From an uncultured Acidimicrobiaceae bacterium (GTDB lineage: Bacteria > Actinomycetota > Acidimicrobiia > Acidimicrobiales > RAAP-2): a stretch of 64,000 nt of DNA. The stretch covers positions 923,303 to 987,302 of the forward strand of contig CAWIJK010000004.1 of NCBI GenBank assembly GCA_963836375.1, read 5' to 3'. Below the pieces are notes generated by a model. The model was not told where the DNA came from, did no database searches, and saw only the letters and a list, made by a program, of their open reading frames with translations. A program made the position numbers and the translations under genes. Of this stretch, positions 20,614-29,369 are shown piece by piece; within the stretch, counting starts at the first letter, position 1, and each line of letters opens with the position of its first letter.

Positions 20614-21288
20614 GTGAGCAGCATCGAACCGGGCCCCGGGTTGGCCCCGAGCGGGCGGACCACCCTGCGGCGAAAGCGCGAGCGGGGCTCGGCCGAGCGG
20701 GCGGTGATCGACGCCGTCTTGGACGAGGGCTTCCTCTGCCACGTCGCCTTCAGCGACGGCACCACCCCCTACGCCGTCCCCATGGCCTACGCCCGCTGCG
20801 GCGACCTCCTCTACCTCCACGGGGCCTCGGGGAACCGGACGCTGCGGGCCCTGGCCGACGGCGCCCCGGCCTGTGTCACCGTCACCCTGCTCGACGGGCT
20901 GGTGCTGGCCCGCTCGGCCTTCCACCACTCGATGAACTACCGCTCGGTGATGCTGTTCGGCTCGGCGGGGCGGGTCGACGACGACGACGAGCAGTTGGCG
21001 GTGGCGGCGGCCCTGCTCGACCACATGGCCCCGGGGCGCAGCGCCGACGCCCGACCCCCCACCGCCAGCGAGCGCCGGGCGACGTTGATGCTCCGTTTCC
21101 CGATCGTCGAGGGGTCGGCCAAGGTGCGCACCGGGGGGCCGATCGATGACCCCGAGGACCTGGCCCTCGGGGTCTGGGCCGGGGTGGTGCCCTTCGAGCT
21201 CGTCGCCGGGCCGGCCGTCGCCGAGCCCGACCTCTCCGAGGGGGTCGCCACCCCGACCTACGTGGCCCGACCGGGACGCCGGCCGTGA
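20614..21288 (+). CDS. Pyridoxamine 5'-phosphate oxidase-related FMN-binding protein (Pyridox_ox_2-like)
   Basis: TLRRKRERGSAERAVIDAVLDEGFLCHVAF...PYAVPMAYARCGDLLYLHGASGNR...HHSMNYRSVMLFG. Confidence 0.75.
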   Translation: MSSIEPGPGLAPSGRTTLRRKRERGSAERAVIDAVLDEGFLCHVAFSDGTTPYAVPMAYARCGDLLYLHGASGNRTLRALADGAPACVTVTLLDGLVLARSAFHHSMNYRSVMLFGSAGRVDDDDEQLAVAAALLDHMAPGRSADARPPTASERRATLMLRFPIVEGSAKVRTGGPIDDPEDLALGVWAGVVPFELVAGPAVAEPDLSEGVATPTYVARPGRRP

Positions 21289-22181
21289 GCCCGCCGACCC
21301 GCACGGTCGCCGTGACCGGTGCCGCCTCGGGGATCGGCGCCGCCTGTGCGGCCCGGCTGGCCGACGGGGGGCACCGGGTGATCGGGGTCGACCTGGCCGG
21401 CAGCGAGGTGGCGGCCGACCTCGGCACGGCCGAGGGCCGACGCCAGGCGATCGAGGCGTTGGGAGAGCGGGCCGGCGAGGGCCTCGACGGCTTGGTCACC
21501 TGCGCCGGGGTGGCCGGTGCCCCGTCGCGGCCCGGGGCCCTGTTGGTGTCGGTCAACTACTTCGGGACCGTGGCCCTCCTCGAGGGGCTGCGCCCGCTGC
21601 TGGCCCGGGGCCACGCACCCTCGGCCGTCGCCATCGGCTCGAACTCGGCGACGATCCAGCCCGGCATTCCGGCCCCCTTGGTGGCCGCCCTGGTCGCCGG
21701 GGACGAGCCGGCGGCCCGGCGCCTGGCCGACGAGTCGGGCTCGATGCTCACCTACCCGGCCACCAAGCTCGCCCTGGCCCTCACCGTGCGCCGCTGGGCG
21801 ACGGGGGAGGACTGGGCGGGCGCGGGCATCCGACTCAACGCCGTCGCCCCGGGCATGGTCGAGACCCCCCTCGTGGCCGAGGGCCGGGCCGACCCCGAGG
21901 TGGCGCCCTTCTTCGAGATGCTGCCCATCCCGATCGGCCGGACGGGCCGGCCCGAGGAGATCGCCGCCCTGGTCGACCTCCTCCTCGGCCCCGACGGTGG
22001 TTACTTCTGCGGCTCGGTCCTCACCGTCGACGGGGGCAGCGAGGCGCTGCTTCGGGGCGCGGACTGGCCGGCCCCGTGGGACCTCGGCCTCGACGACCAG
22101 GCCCCCTGGCGCCGCCCGGCTCCCGGACCGCTCCCCCGGAGGACCCGGCCCGAGGCGCCCGAGGGGACCGAGAGCACCTAG
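21285..22181 (+). CDS. Short-chain dehydrogenase/reductase (SDR) family oxidoreductase
   Basis: VAVTGAASGIGAA (TGxxxGxG), YPATKLAL (YxxxK), RLNAVAPGMVETPL. The GTG start overlaps the upstream stop (GTGA). Confidence 0.85.
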   Translation: MSPPTRTVAVTGAASGIGAACAARLADGGHRVIGVDLAGSEVAADLGTAEGRRQAIEALGERAGEGLDGLVTCAGVAGAPSRPGALLVSVNYFGTVALLEGLRPLLARGHAPSAVAIGSNSATIQPGIPAPLVAALVAGDEPAARRLADESGSMLTYPATKLALALTVRRWATGEDWAGAGIRLNAVAPGMVETPLVAEGRADPEVAPFFEMLPIPIGRTGRPEEIAALVDLLLGPDGGYFCGSVLTVDGGSEALLRGADWPAPWDLGLDDQAPWRRPAPGPLPRRTRPEAPEGTEST

Positions 22182-22230
22182 GGGCGGGCCCGGTCACGGC
22201 GAGGGCCGGGCGGGCGGGCGGCGCCCGGCC

Positions 22231-23730
22231 TCACAAGGTGGCGTCGAGCCAGTCGAAGACGACCTGGTTCCGACGTTGCGGGGCCATCGGGGCGTCGTGG
22301 TACTCGGCCCCGTCGGCGGCCGTCAGGGTGACCAGGGTCTTGTGGCCCCCGAGGGCGTCGTAGAGCGACCGGGCGCCGCCGGGGTAGAAATTCTCCAGCT
22401 CGTAGTTGACGACGAGCACCGGGGTGCGCACCCGGTCGACCACGTCGCCGCAGTCGTAGCGCATGGCGGTCTGGCCGAAGTCCCACAGGCTCGGGAAGAG
22501 CCTCCCGGCCCGGGCGGCGGCCAGGTACGTCGGGCCGTAGATCTCCGAGCGCTTGGCGAATCCGAAGCGGTCGCTGGGCTCGACCGTGTGGGGCACGATC
22601 TCGTTGGTCCACACGGCGTCCACCTCGGCCCGGGTGGCCGTCGGGGTGAACAGGGAGCGGATGCTGGGCGGCCAGGCCAGCCAGGCGTTGACGATGCCCG
22701 GGTCGGCGCAGACCGCGCCCAGCCGGTGCTCAAAGGCCGCGGCGCGGATCACCGACTGGCCGCAGAAGCTCCAGCCGGTGAGCCCGATCCGGTCGGTGTC
22801 GACGTCGGGACGGGTGTGGAGCCAGTCCACGATGGGCGTGATGACGTGCTCCCAGTCCGGGCGGAAGCCGATGCCGCGCTCGAAGAGCATCGAGCCCTGG
22901 CCCGGGCCCTCGAAGAGCACGACGTTGTAGCCGCGCTCGAGGCCGGCGGCCCCACCCCAGGCGTAGACGTCGACGAACTGCGCGTCGCTCCCATTGTTGA
23001 CGATGACCGTCGGGCGTCGGAGGCCCGATCCATCGGGCTTGAGGAAGTACCCGGGCAGCGTGGTCGACTCGTACGGGATGGCCACCCGCTCGAACGGGGG
23101 GTCCATGAGCTTGGTGGCCAGGTCCCACTGGCGCTGCATGGCGGCGTAGACGGCCGGCTCGGCGGCCGGGGTCGACGTGCCGAGCACGAAGTAGAGCGCC
23201 TGGTCGAAGTACTGGGCCGCCCGGAGATAGGCGGACCGGGCGCTGGCCCGGTGACCCGAACGCAGGGCCCCGTCGGCCAGGGCGGCCACCCGCGTGCCCA
23301 TGTCGACGAAGCTGTCGAAATAGGTCTGGTAGCTCGGTCCGGCCGCCTGGATCTGGTTGATCGTGGCGATGATCTCCCCGGTCTCGCCGGCGCCGTACCC
23401 GACCCCGCCCAGGGCGAACAGGACCTCGAAATTGAGATCCGGATCGCTGAAGAAGCTGACACCGGTGGCCGGGTTTGCCGTGGGGGCCGGGGGCGGGACG
23501 GCGACGCTGGGCTCGGGTCCGGGGACCGGGCCCCGCGCCGCGTCGAGGGCGTCGGGGACCGCCGTGCCCCCGCACGACGCCAGGCCGGCCGCCAGCGCCG
23601 TGCCACCGGCGGCCGTCCAGCCGAGGAGCCGGCGCCGCGACACCGGGTGCCCGGTCCCGGCTGCAGGCGGGCCGCCGGCTTCGCGGTCGTCGCCGCCGCC
23701 GTCGCCGTCGCCGTCTCGGACCGCCCCCAT
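22231..23730 (-). CDS. Alpha/beta-hydrolase fold protein, predicted Tat-exported lipoprotein
   Basis: Twin-arginine signal SRRRLLGW plus lipobox LASCGG. Hydrolase core is VIVNNGSDAQ...LFEGPGQGS...IGLTGWSFCGQS. ATG at 23730 follows GGAGGTG. Confidence 0.72.
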   Translation of the reverse strand: MGAVRDGDGDGGGDDREAGGPPAAGTGHPVSRRRLLGWTAAGGTALAAGLASCGGTAVPDALDAARGPVPGPEPSVAVPPPAPTANPATGVSFFSDPDLNFEVLFALGGVGYGAGETGEIIATINQIQAAGPSYQTYFDSFVDMGTRVAALADGALRSGHRASARSAYLRAAQYFDQALYFVLGTSTPAAEPAVYAAMQRQWDLATKLMDPPFERVAIPYESTTLPGYFLKPDGSGLRRPTVIVNNGSDAQFVDVYAWGGAAGLERGYNVVLFEGPGQGSMLFERGIGFRPDWEHVITPIVDWLHTRPDVDTDRIGLTGWSFCGQSVIRAAAFEHRLGAVCADPGIVNAWLAWPPSIRSLFTPTATRAEVDAVWTNEIVPHTVEPSDRFGFAKRSEIYGPTYLAAARAGRLFPSLWDFGQTAMRYDCGDVVDRVRTPVLVVNYELENFYPGGARSLYDALGGHKTLVTLTAADGAEYHDAPMAPQRRNQVVFDWLDATL

Positions 23731-23818
23731 CGACACCTCCGGGCCCCGATGCTGGCAGAGCCGGCTCACCTCGGCACACCCGGCGAGTCGCCGGGTGGTC
23801 CGCCCCGGCTGGCGGCGG

Positions 23819-24922
23819 CTACGGGGTGGCCGTCCCGGTGGACGCCCCGGTGGGTGCCCCCGGGGCCCCCCGGAAGCGCAGCCGGAAGGCCCCGTAGGCG
23901 GCCGGTCCGGCGACCAGCGGCAACCAGTAGGACGCCAGCCGGTAGGTGAGGGTGGCCAAGAAGGCGTCGCCCGAGGGCACCCCGGCCAGGATCAACAGCC
24001 CGGTCAGGCTGGCCTCGACGATGCCCAGCCCCCCCGGGGTGATGGGGACCAGCCCGATGATGCCGGCCACCGCGTAGGCCACCAGGACGAGCGACGGCCG
24101 GGGATGGCTGCCCGTCGCCCGCACCGCGGCCAGCAGGCAGTAGTAGTCGAAGCCGAGTCGCCCGGCCGAGAGGAGCACCGCCTGCCACCACTTCTTCCCC
24201 AGCACCGAGCGGATGAGATCGCGCTGGTGGAGCAGGGTCGTGTCGAGATCGGTCACCGGGGGCCGGCGACTGAAGACCCGGTTCCTCACCCGCTCGGCCA
24301 GCCGGCCCGCCCACCGCAGCGGGGCCTCGGTCGCCAGCACCCACGCACCGAGGGCGGCGAAGATGACGAAGCCGATCGCACCGAGGATGGCCGCGTTGTA
24401 CAGGCCCCGGTTGACCGGCACGCCGAAGAGGATGACCGGGAGGGCGAAGAGCGGGAGGGCGAGCAGCCCGCCCACCCCCAGGAGGGAGAACGCGGTGAGC
24501 CCGCCCACCGTGTCGGCGCTGCTGCCCTCGCTCCGGGCCAGCATCCGGAACTGCACGGCGGCGCCGGCCGCCGCCCCCCCGGGCATGATGAGGCTGATCG
24601 AGTTCCCGGCCAGCTGGGACGTGACCACCGAGAACCACCCCTTGGTGCGAAGCGCCATCCGCTGCAGGGTGAACGTGCAGGTGAAGTGGGCCAGCTCCGC
24701 CACGATGGCGACGGCGAACCAGACCGGCTCGAGGGTCGACAGGCGGGGCCAGGACCCGAGGACCTCGGTGATCTTGGGCAGGACCAGGTAGATGGCGACC
24801 CCGGCGACGGCGATCACGACGGCCCGCTTGACCACCGTCTTCCAGGGGAACGGGTGGCCTTCCTCGCGCTCGAGCTCCGCCGAGAAGGGGGTCTCATCGA
24901 AATCGTCGGAACGGTCGCCCAC
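23819..24922 (-). CDS. Lysylphosphatidylglycerol synthase TM-region-like (UPF0104/flippase-like) membrane protein
   Basis: 367 aa with about 8 TM helices. The N-terminal pattern is KRAVVIAVAGVAIYLVLPKI...LAGNSISLIMPGGAAAGAAVQFRML. No aminoacyl-transferase domain is present. Confidence 0.65.
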   Translation of the reverse strand: MGDRSDDFDETPFSAELEREEGHPFPWKTVVKRAVVIAVAGVAIYLVLPKITEVLGSWPRLSTLEPVWFAVAIVAELAHFTCTFTLQRMALRTKGWFSVVTSQLAGNSISLIMPGGAAAGAAVQFRMLARSEGSSADTVGGLTAFSLLGVGGLLALPLFALPVILFGVPVNRGLYNAAILGAIGFVIFAALGAWVLATEAPLRWAGRLAERVRNRVFSRRPPVTDLDTTLLHQRDLIRSVLGKKWWQAVLLSAGRLGFDYYCLLAAVRATGSHPRPSLVLVAYAVAGIIGLVPITPGGLGIVEASLTGLLILAGVPSGDAFLATLTYRLASYWLPLVAGPAAYGAFRLRFRGAPGAPTGASTGTATP

Positions 24923-25090
24923 GATGCACCCTCAGGTCCGGCGGGGTCCCCGGTTGGTCACCGGAGCCACCGGCCGAGGGCTTGACACCGACTTGTTAGC
25001 CGGTCCTCGGCCCGACGGTCCACCGTCTGCACGGAGCTGGCCGCCGAGCGACCGCCACCCGGCGGGCCCGGTGGTCCGCTCCGTCGGTGC

Positions 25091-25390
25091 TCAGGGAATG
25101 CGGATGTCGTGGTGCGCGGCGGCCAGCCGCCGGTCGTCGTCGGTCAGTTGGGCCACGGCGGCCGGGGTGACCAGGCTCCAGTGACGGCCGACCGGGCAGC
25201 GCTGCAGGCGCCACCAGCCGAGGCGGACGGCCTTGAGCGAGGCCCCCGGGATCCAAAAGGTGGTGAACAGATGACCGCGGCGGCAGCGCACCACCGTGTC
25301 GACGCCGAAGAGGGAGCCCCGCCGGCGGGCCACCACGACGGTCTCGGCCAGCAGGGCCACGACGGCCAGGGCGAGGAGCTTGCGGCGCAC
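25091..25390 (-). CDS. Small hypothetical membrane-anchored protein with paired Cys/His motifs
   Basis: 99 aa with N-terminal TM LLALAVVALLAETVVV. It then has VRCRRGH and QRCPVGRH, a possible zinc ribbon. No family was recognised. Confidence 0.5.
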   Translation of the reverse strand: MRRKLLALAVVALLAETVVVARRRGSLFGVDTVVRCRRGHLFTTFWIPGASLKAVRLGWWRLQRCPVGRHWSLVTPAAVAQLTDDDRRLAAAHHDIRIP

Positions 25391-25456
25391 GGGCCCAGGC
25401 TAGGCCGGGCGTCGCTGGCCCACGGCCTCGGCCGCTCGGGCCGCCGCCGTTTTCCC

Positions 25457-25482
25457 AAGGCTGGACTTATCAGGTTAGCCTT
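25457..25482. promoter_or_regulatory. Inverted repeat AAGGCT-N14-AGCCTT immediately upstream of marR (candidate operator)
   Basis: A locally AT-richer segment (ccaAGGCTggacttatcaggttAGCCTtagg) ends 6 nt before the marR ATG at 25488. Confidence 0.3.
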
Positions 25483-25487
25483 AGGAC

Positions 25488-25925
25488 ATGCCCCCCGAGC
25501 CGGACCCCCACGACGTGGCCAGCTCGCTGCGGGTGAGCATCGGGTTGTTCGTGCGGCGGCTGCGTCAGGTCCCGGCCGAGGGTGACCTGACCCTGCCCGA
25601 GACGTCGGCCCTGGCCCGCCTGGACCGGGGCGGGCCGACCACCGCCGGCGCGCTGGCCAAGCTCGAGCAGATCAGCCCCCAGTCGATGGGCGCGACCCTC
25701 GGCGCACTCGAGGCCCGCGGCCTGGTCAAGCGACGCCCCGATCCCGACGACGGCCGCCGGGTCGTCCTCTCGGCCACCGAGGCCGGGCTCCGGGTCCTGT
25801 GGAGCCGCCGCAACGCCCGGACCGAGCAGATGGCCCGGGCCCTCTCGACCGGCTTCACCCGCTCAGAACTGCGGCAGCTCATGGCGGCCGCGACGTTGAT
25901 CGAGCGCCTGGGCCAGAGCATCTGA
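25488..25925 (+). CDS. MarR-family transcriptional regulator
   Basis: 145 aa. The winged-helix pattern is LTLPETSALARLDRGGPTTAGALAKLEQISPQSMGATLGALEARGLVKRRPDPDDGRRVVL. Its stop overlaps the MFS start (TGATG). Confidence 0.9.
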   Translation: MPPEPDPHDVASSLRVSIGLFVRRLRQVPAEGDLTLPETSALARLDRGGPTTAGALAKLEQISPQSMGATLGALEARGLVKRRPDPDDGRRVVLSATEAGLRVLWSRRNARTEQMARALSTGFTRSELRQLMAAATLIERLGQSI

Positions 25926-27708
25926 TGGCGCCGGCCGGCGACCCGGTCGCGGCCCCGGTGGACGACCGCTACAAGTGGATCGCCCTGTCGGTCACGACCC
26001 TCGGCGCACTGATGGCGACCATCGACGGCTCGATCATGCTCATCGCCCTGCCGGACATCTTCAGGGGTATCCGCCTAGACCCGTTGCTCCCGGGGAACAG
26101 CTTCTACCTGCTGTGGATGATCCTCAGCTTCCTCATCGTGACCAGCGTGCTCGTGCTGAGCCTCGGGAGGTTGGGTGACATCTACGGGCGGGTCCGGGTC
26201 TACAACGCGGGATTCGCCATCTTCACCTTCTTCTCCCTCCTGCTCTCGATCACCTGGATGTCGGGGCCGGCGGCGGGGATCTGGCTGATCGTGATCCGGG
26301 TCTTCCAGGGCGTCGGCGCGGCGATGCTCTTGGCCCAGTCGGCCGCCATCCTCACCGACGCCTTCCCGAAGGACCAGCGGGGGATGGCCCTCGGCATCAA
26401 CCAGACGGCCGCCATCAGCGGGACGTTCATCGGCCTGGTGCTGGGCGGCGTCCTGGCCCCCATCAACTGGCGGCTCATCTTCTTGGTCTCGGTCCCGATC
26501 GGGCTGTTCGCCACCATCTACGGCTACCGGGTCCTGCGCGAGGTCGGGGTGTCGCATCGGGCCCGGATCGACTGGGCCGGCAACGCGACCTTCGCCGTGG
26601 GCCTGGTCCTGATCATGGTGGGGATCACCTACGGCATCGAGCCCTACGGCGGCCACGCCATGGGGTGGACCAACCCGGTGGTCCTGGCCGAGTTGGCGGC
26701 GGGGGTGGCCCTGCTCATCGTGTTCTGCGTGATCGAGTCCAAGGTGCCCGAGCCCATGTTCCGGCTCCCGCTCTTCAAGATCCGCGCCTTTACCGCCGGC
26801 ATCTTCGCCAGCTTCCTGGCCGCCATCGGGCGGGGGGGGCTCATGTTCATGCTGATCATCTGGCTGCAGGGGATCTGGCTCCCGCTCCACGGCTATTCGT
26901 TCAGCGTGACCCCGCTGTGGGCGGGCGTCGCCATGCTGCCGTTGACCGCCGGCTTCCTCATCGCCGGCCCGACCTCGGGGATACTCTCGGACCGCTTCGG
27001 CGCCCGGCCCTTCGCCACCGGCGGCATGCTCGGCTCGGCGGCCTGCTTCGTCCTGCTCGAGGTCCTGCCGACCGACTTCCCCTACTGGGCCTTCGGGCTG
27101 CTGCTCTTCGCCATGGGGCTGTCGATGGGCGGCTTCGGCTCGCCCAACCGGGCCGGCATCATGAACTCGCTGCCGGCGGCCGACCGGGGTGCGGGGTCGG
27201 GGATGAACACCACCTTCCAGAACTCGGCCCAGGTCCTGTCGATCGGGATCTTCTTCACCCTCATGATCGTGGGGCTGACCGCCACCCTGCCGGCCAGCCT
27301 CTACCACGGGCTGACCGCCCACGGCGTCCCCCGGGCCAGCGCGCGCTGGCGGTCTCCCACCTGCCCCCGGTGTCGACCCTGTTCGCGGCCTTCCTCGGCT
27401 ACAACCCGGTCCAGCACCTGGTGGGGGTGCGGGTCCTGTCGCACCTCAGCGCCGCCCAGCGCCAGGCCCTGGTCGGACGCACGTTCTTCCCCTCGCTCAT
27501 CCTCGGGCCGTTCCGCCAGGGCCTGCACGCCGCCTTCGACTTCGCCGTCGTGGCCTGCCTGGCCGCCGCCGCCGCCAGCTGGGCCCGGGGGGCCCAGTAC
27601 GTCGACCCGGGGGTGGCCGACGGCCCGGCCGACGGGCCGGTCACTGCGACCGAGGCCCTCGGCCCCTCCCGGGTGCCGGCCGAGGCCGGGGGCTCCCGGC
27701 GGACCTGA
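25925..27708 (+). pseudogene. DHA2 (EmrB/QacA)-type MFS transporter interrupted by a 1-nt frameshift near 27328-27335 (true pseudogene or sequence error)
   Basis: The N-terminal 14-TM-type MFS (YKWIALSVTTLGALMATIDGSIMLIALP...) reads in one frame up to ...LTAHGVP. The conserved continuation (ALAVSHLPPVSTLFAAFLGYNPVQHL...) is in the -1 frame and ends at 27708. The junction is a C5G3 run. Confidence 0.85.
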
Positions 27709-27748
27709 GCGACCGGGCCCAAGGGCCGAGGGCGAACCGGGGCTCGCC

Positions 27749-29131
27749 TCAGATCGTGTGCTTCATGTTCTCGAACCGGGCGAATTGCCCGAGGAACAAC
27801 AGGTGGGCCGAACCGGTCGGCCCGTTGCGGTGCTTGGCCACGATGACCTCCGCGTCGTCGCGCCGGTCGATGGGCACGTCCGCGTCGTACTGGGACTCCC
27901 GGTAGATGAACAAGACGACGTCGGCGTCTTGTTCGAGCGAGCCCGACTCGCGCAGGTCCGAGAGCATGGGGCGCTTGTCCTGGCGGGCTTCCAGGCCACG
28001 CGACAGCTGTGACAGGGCCACCACTGGGACCTGGAGCTCGCGGGCGAGGATCTTCAGGCTCCGGCTGATCTCGGCCACCTCCACCTGGCGGTTCTCCGCC
28101 TTGGCCCGGCCGGTCATCAGCTGGATGTAGTCGACGACCACCAGTCCGAGGTCCCCCTCGGCCTTCTTCAGCCGGCGGGCCCGGGCCCGGATGTCGTGCA
28201 CCGACAGGTTCGGGTTGTCGTCGATGAAGATGGACGAGCCGCTGAGCCGGGTCACCGCGTTGCCGAGCTTCCCCCAGTCCGACTCGCGGATCTGGCCCAC
28301 CCGGAGCTGCTGGGCGTCCACCTTGGCCTCCGAGGCCAACAACCGCTGCGTCAGCTCGAGGTGGCCCATCTCGAGCGAGAAGAGCAGGGCCGGGCGGCCG
28401 AGGTCGATGCCCACGTGGGCCAGCATCCCGAGGGCGAAGCTCGTCTTGCCCATGGCCGGGCGGGCCCCGACGATGGTCAGGCTCGACGCCTGCAGCCCGG
28501 CCAGGATCCGGTCCAGGTCCAGGTACCCGGTGGCCAGGCCGGTCAGGCTATCGCCGCGCCGCGAGAGCTCCTCGATGCGGTCCAGGCTCGGCCCCACCAG
28601 GTCCCGCAACGAGGCGATGGTGTCGGTGGTCCGGCGCTGGGCCACGTCGAAGATCATCTGCTCGGCCTCGTCCACCGCCCCGGTCACGTCCTCAGGGACC
28701 GAGTAGCCGAGCTCGGCGATCTCCCCGGCCACCCCGACGAGCCGCCGGAGCAGCGAGTGCTCCTCGACGATGGTGGCGTAGTGGGTGGCGTTGGCGATCG
28801 AGGGGGTGTTGGCCTGCAGGGAGACCAGCTGGGCGGGGTCGCCGATGGCCTCGAGCACCCCGGCGCGCCGCAGCTCGTCGGTCACGGTGACCGCGTCGAT
28901 CGGCTCCCCCCGGTCGTAGAGGGCCTGGACGGCGCTGAAGATGTGGCCGTGGGCCGGCTTGTAGAAGTCGGCGGCCGAGCAGATCTCGAGGGCGGCCGAG
29001 GTGGCGTCGGCCGAGAGCAGCATGGCGCCGAGCAGCGACTCCTCCGCTTCGAGATTGTTGGGGGGCACCCGGGGCCCGCTGGCGGCGGGCCGGAGGGGGA
29101 CGGGACGGCTGTCGTCGAAGGCCTGGACCAT
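27749..29131 (-). CDS. dnaB: Replicative DNA helicase DnaB (no intein)
   Basis: VPPNNLEAEESLLGAMLL, GARPAMGKTSFAL (Walker A), LVVVDYIQLM (Walker B), ALSQLSR...RPMLSDLRESGSLEQDADVV. Confidence 0.96.
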   Translation of the reverse strand: MVQAFDDSRPVPLRPAASGPRVPPNNLEAEESLLGAMLLSADATSAALEICSAADFYKPAHGHIFSAVQALYDRGEPIDAVTVTDELRRAGVLEAIGDPAQLVSLQANTPSIANATHYATIVEEHSLLRRLVGVAGEIAELGYSVPEDVTGAVDEAEQMIFDVAQRRTTDTIASLRDLVGPSLDRIEELSRRGDSLTGLATGYLDLDRILAGLQASSLTIVGARPAMGKTSFALGMLAHVGIDLGRPALLFSLEMGHLELTQRLLASEAKVDAQQLRVGQIRESDWGKLGNAVTRLSGSSIFIDDNPNLSVHDIRARARRLKKAEGDLGLVVVDYIQLMTGRAKAENRQVEVAEISRSLKILARELQVPVVALSQLSRGLEARQDKRPMLSDLRESGSLEQDADVVLFIYRESQYDADVPIDRRDDAEVIVAKHRNGPTGSAHLLFLGQFARFENMKHTI

Positions 29132-29158
29132 GGCCTCCCTACCCTGACGGAAGGGGCG

Positions 29159-29235
29159 TGTGGACGGTAAGGGTCACAACCTGGGGATTCCGGGCGCAAA
29201 AGCCCTGGTGAGCTTTGTGGATAAACCGTGGACGG
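29159..29235. promoter_or_regulatory. Cluster of three co-oriented DnaA-box-like 9-mers upstream of dnaB
   Basis: TGTGGACGG (29159-29167). TGTGGATAA (29216-29224), whose reverse complement is TTATCCACA, the perfect classical box. CGTGGACGG (29227-29235). All lie 28-104 nt upstream of the dnaB ATG. Confidence 0.45.
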
Positions 29236-29369
29236 CGCTCCACCGGCTGGGGAGCGTCGGGGCAGGGGCCGGGTCGCACGCGGCCATGGTGCCCGGCGGT
29301 AGTGACAGCCGGCGGCGCTCCCCGGTGGCGAAGGGCTCCCGGCCCCCGGTCGACCGTCGGCGGCCGGCG

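Noticed and set aside
27709-28012. C-terminal tail of ORF 25799..28012 (737 aa) extending past the MFS gene into dnaB
   Set aside because: After the frameshift site the first frame encodes only Arg/Pro/Ser/Ala-rich sequence and runs antisense into dnaB. The conserved MFS C-terminus is in the other frame and ends at 27708. The 25799 start likewise overlaps marR.
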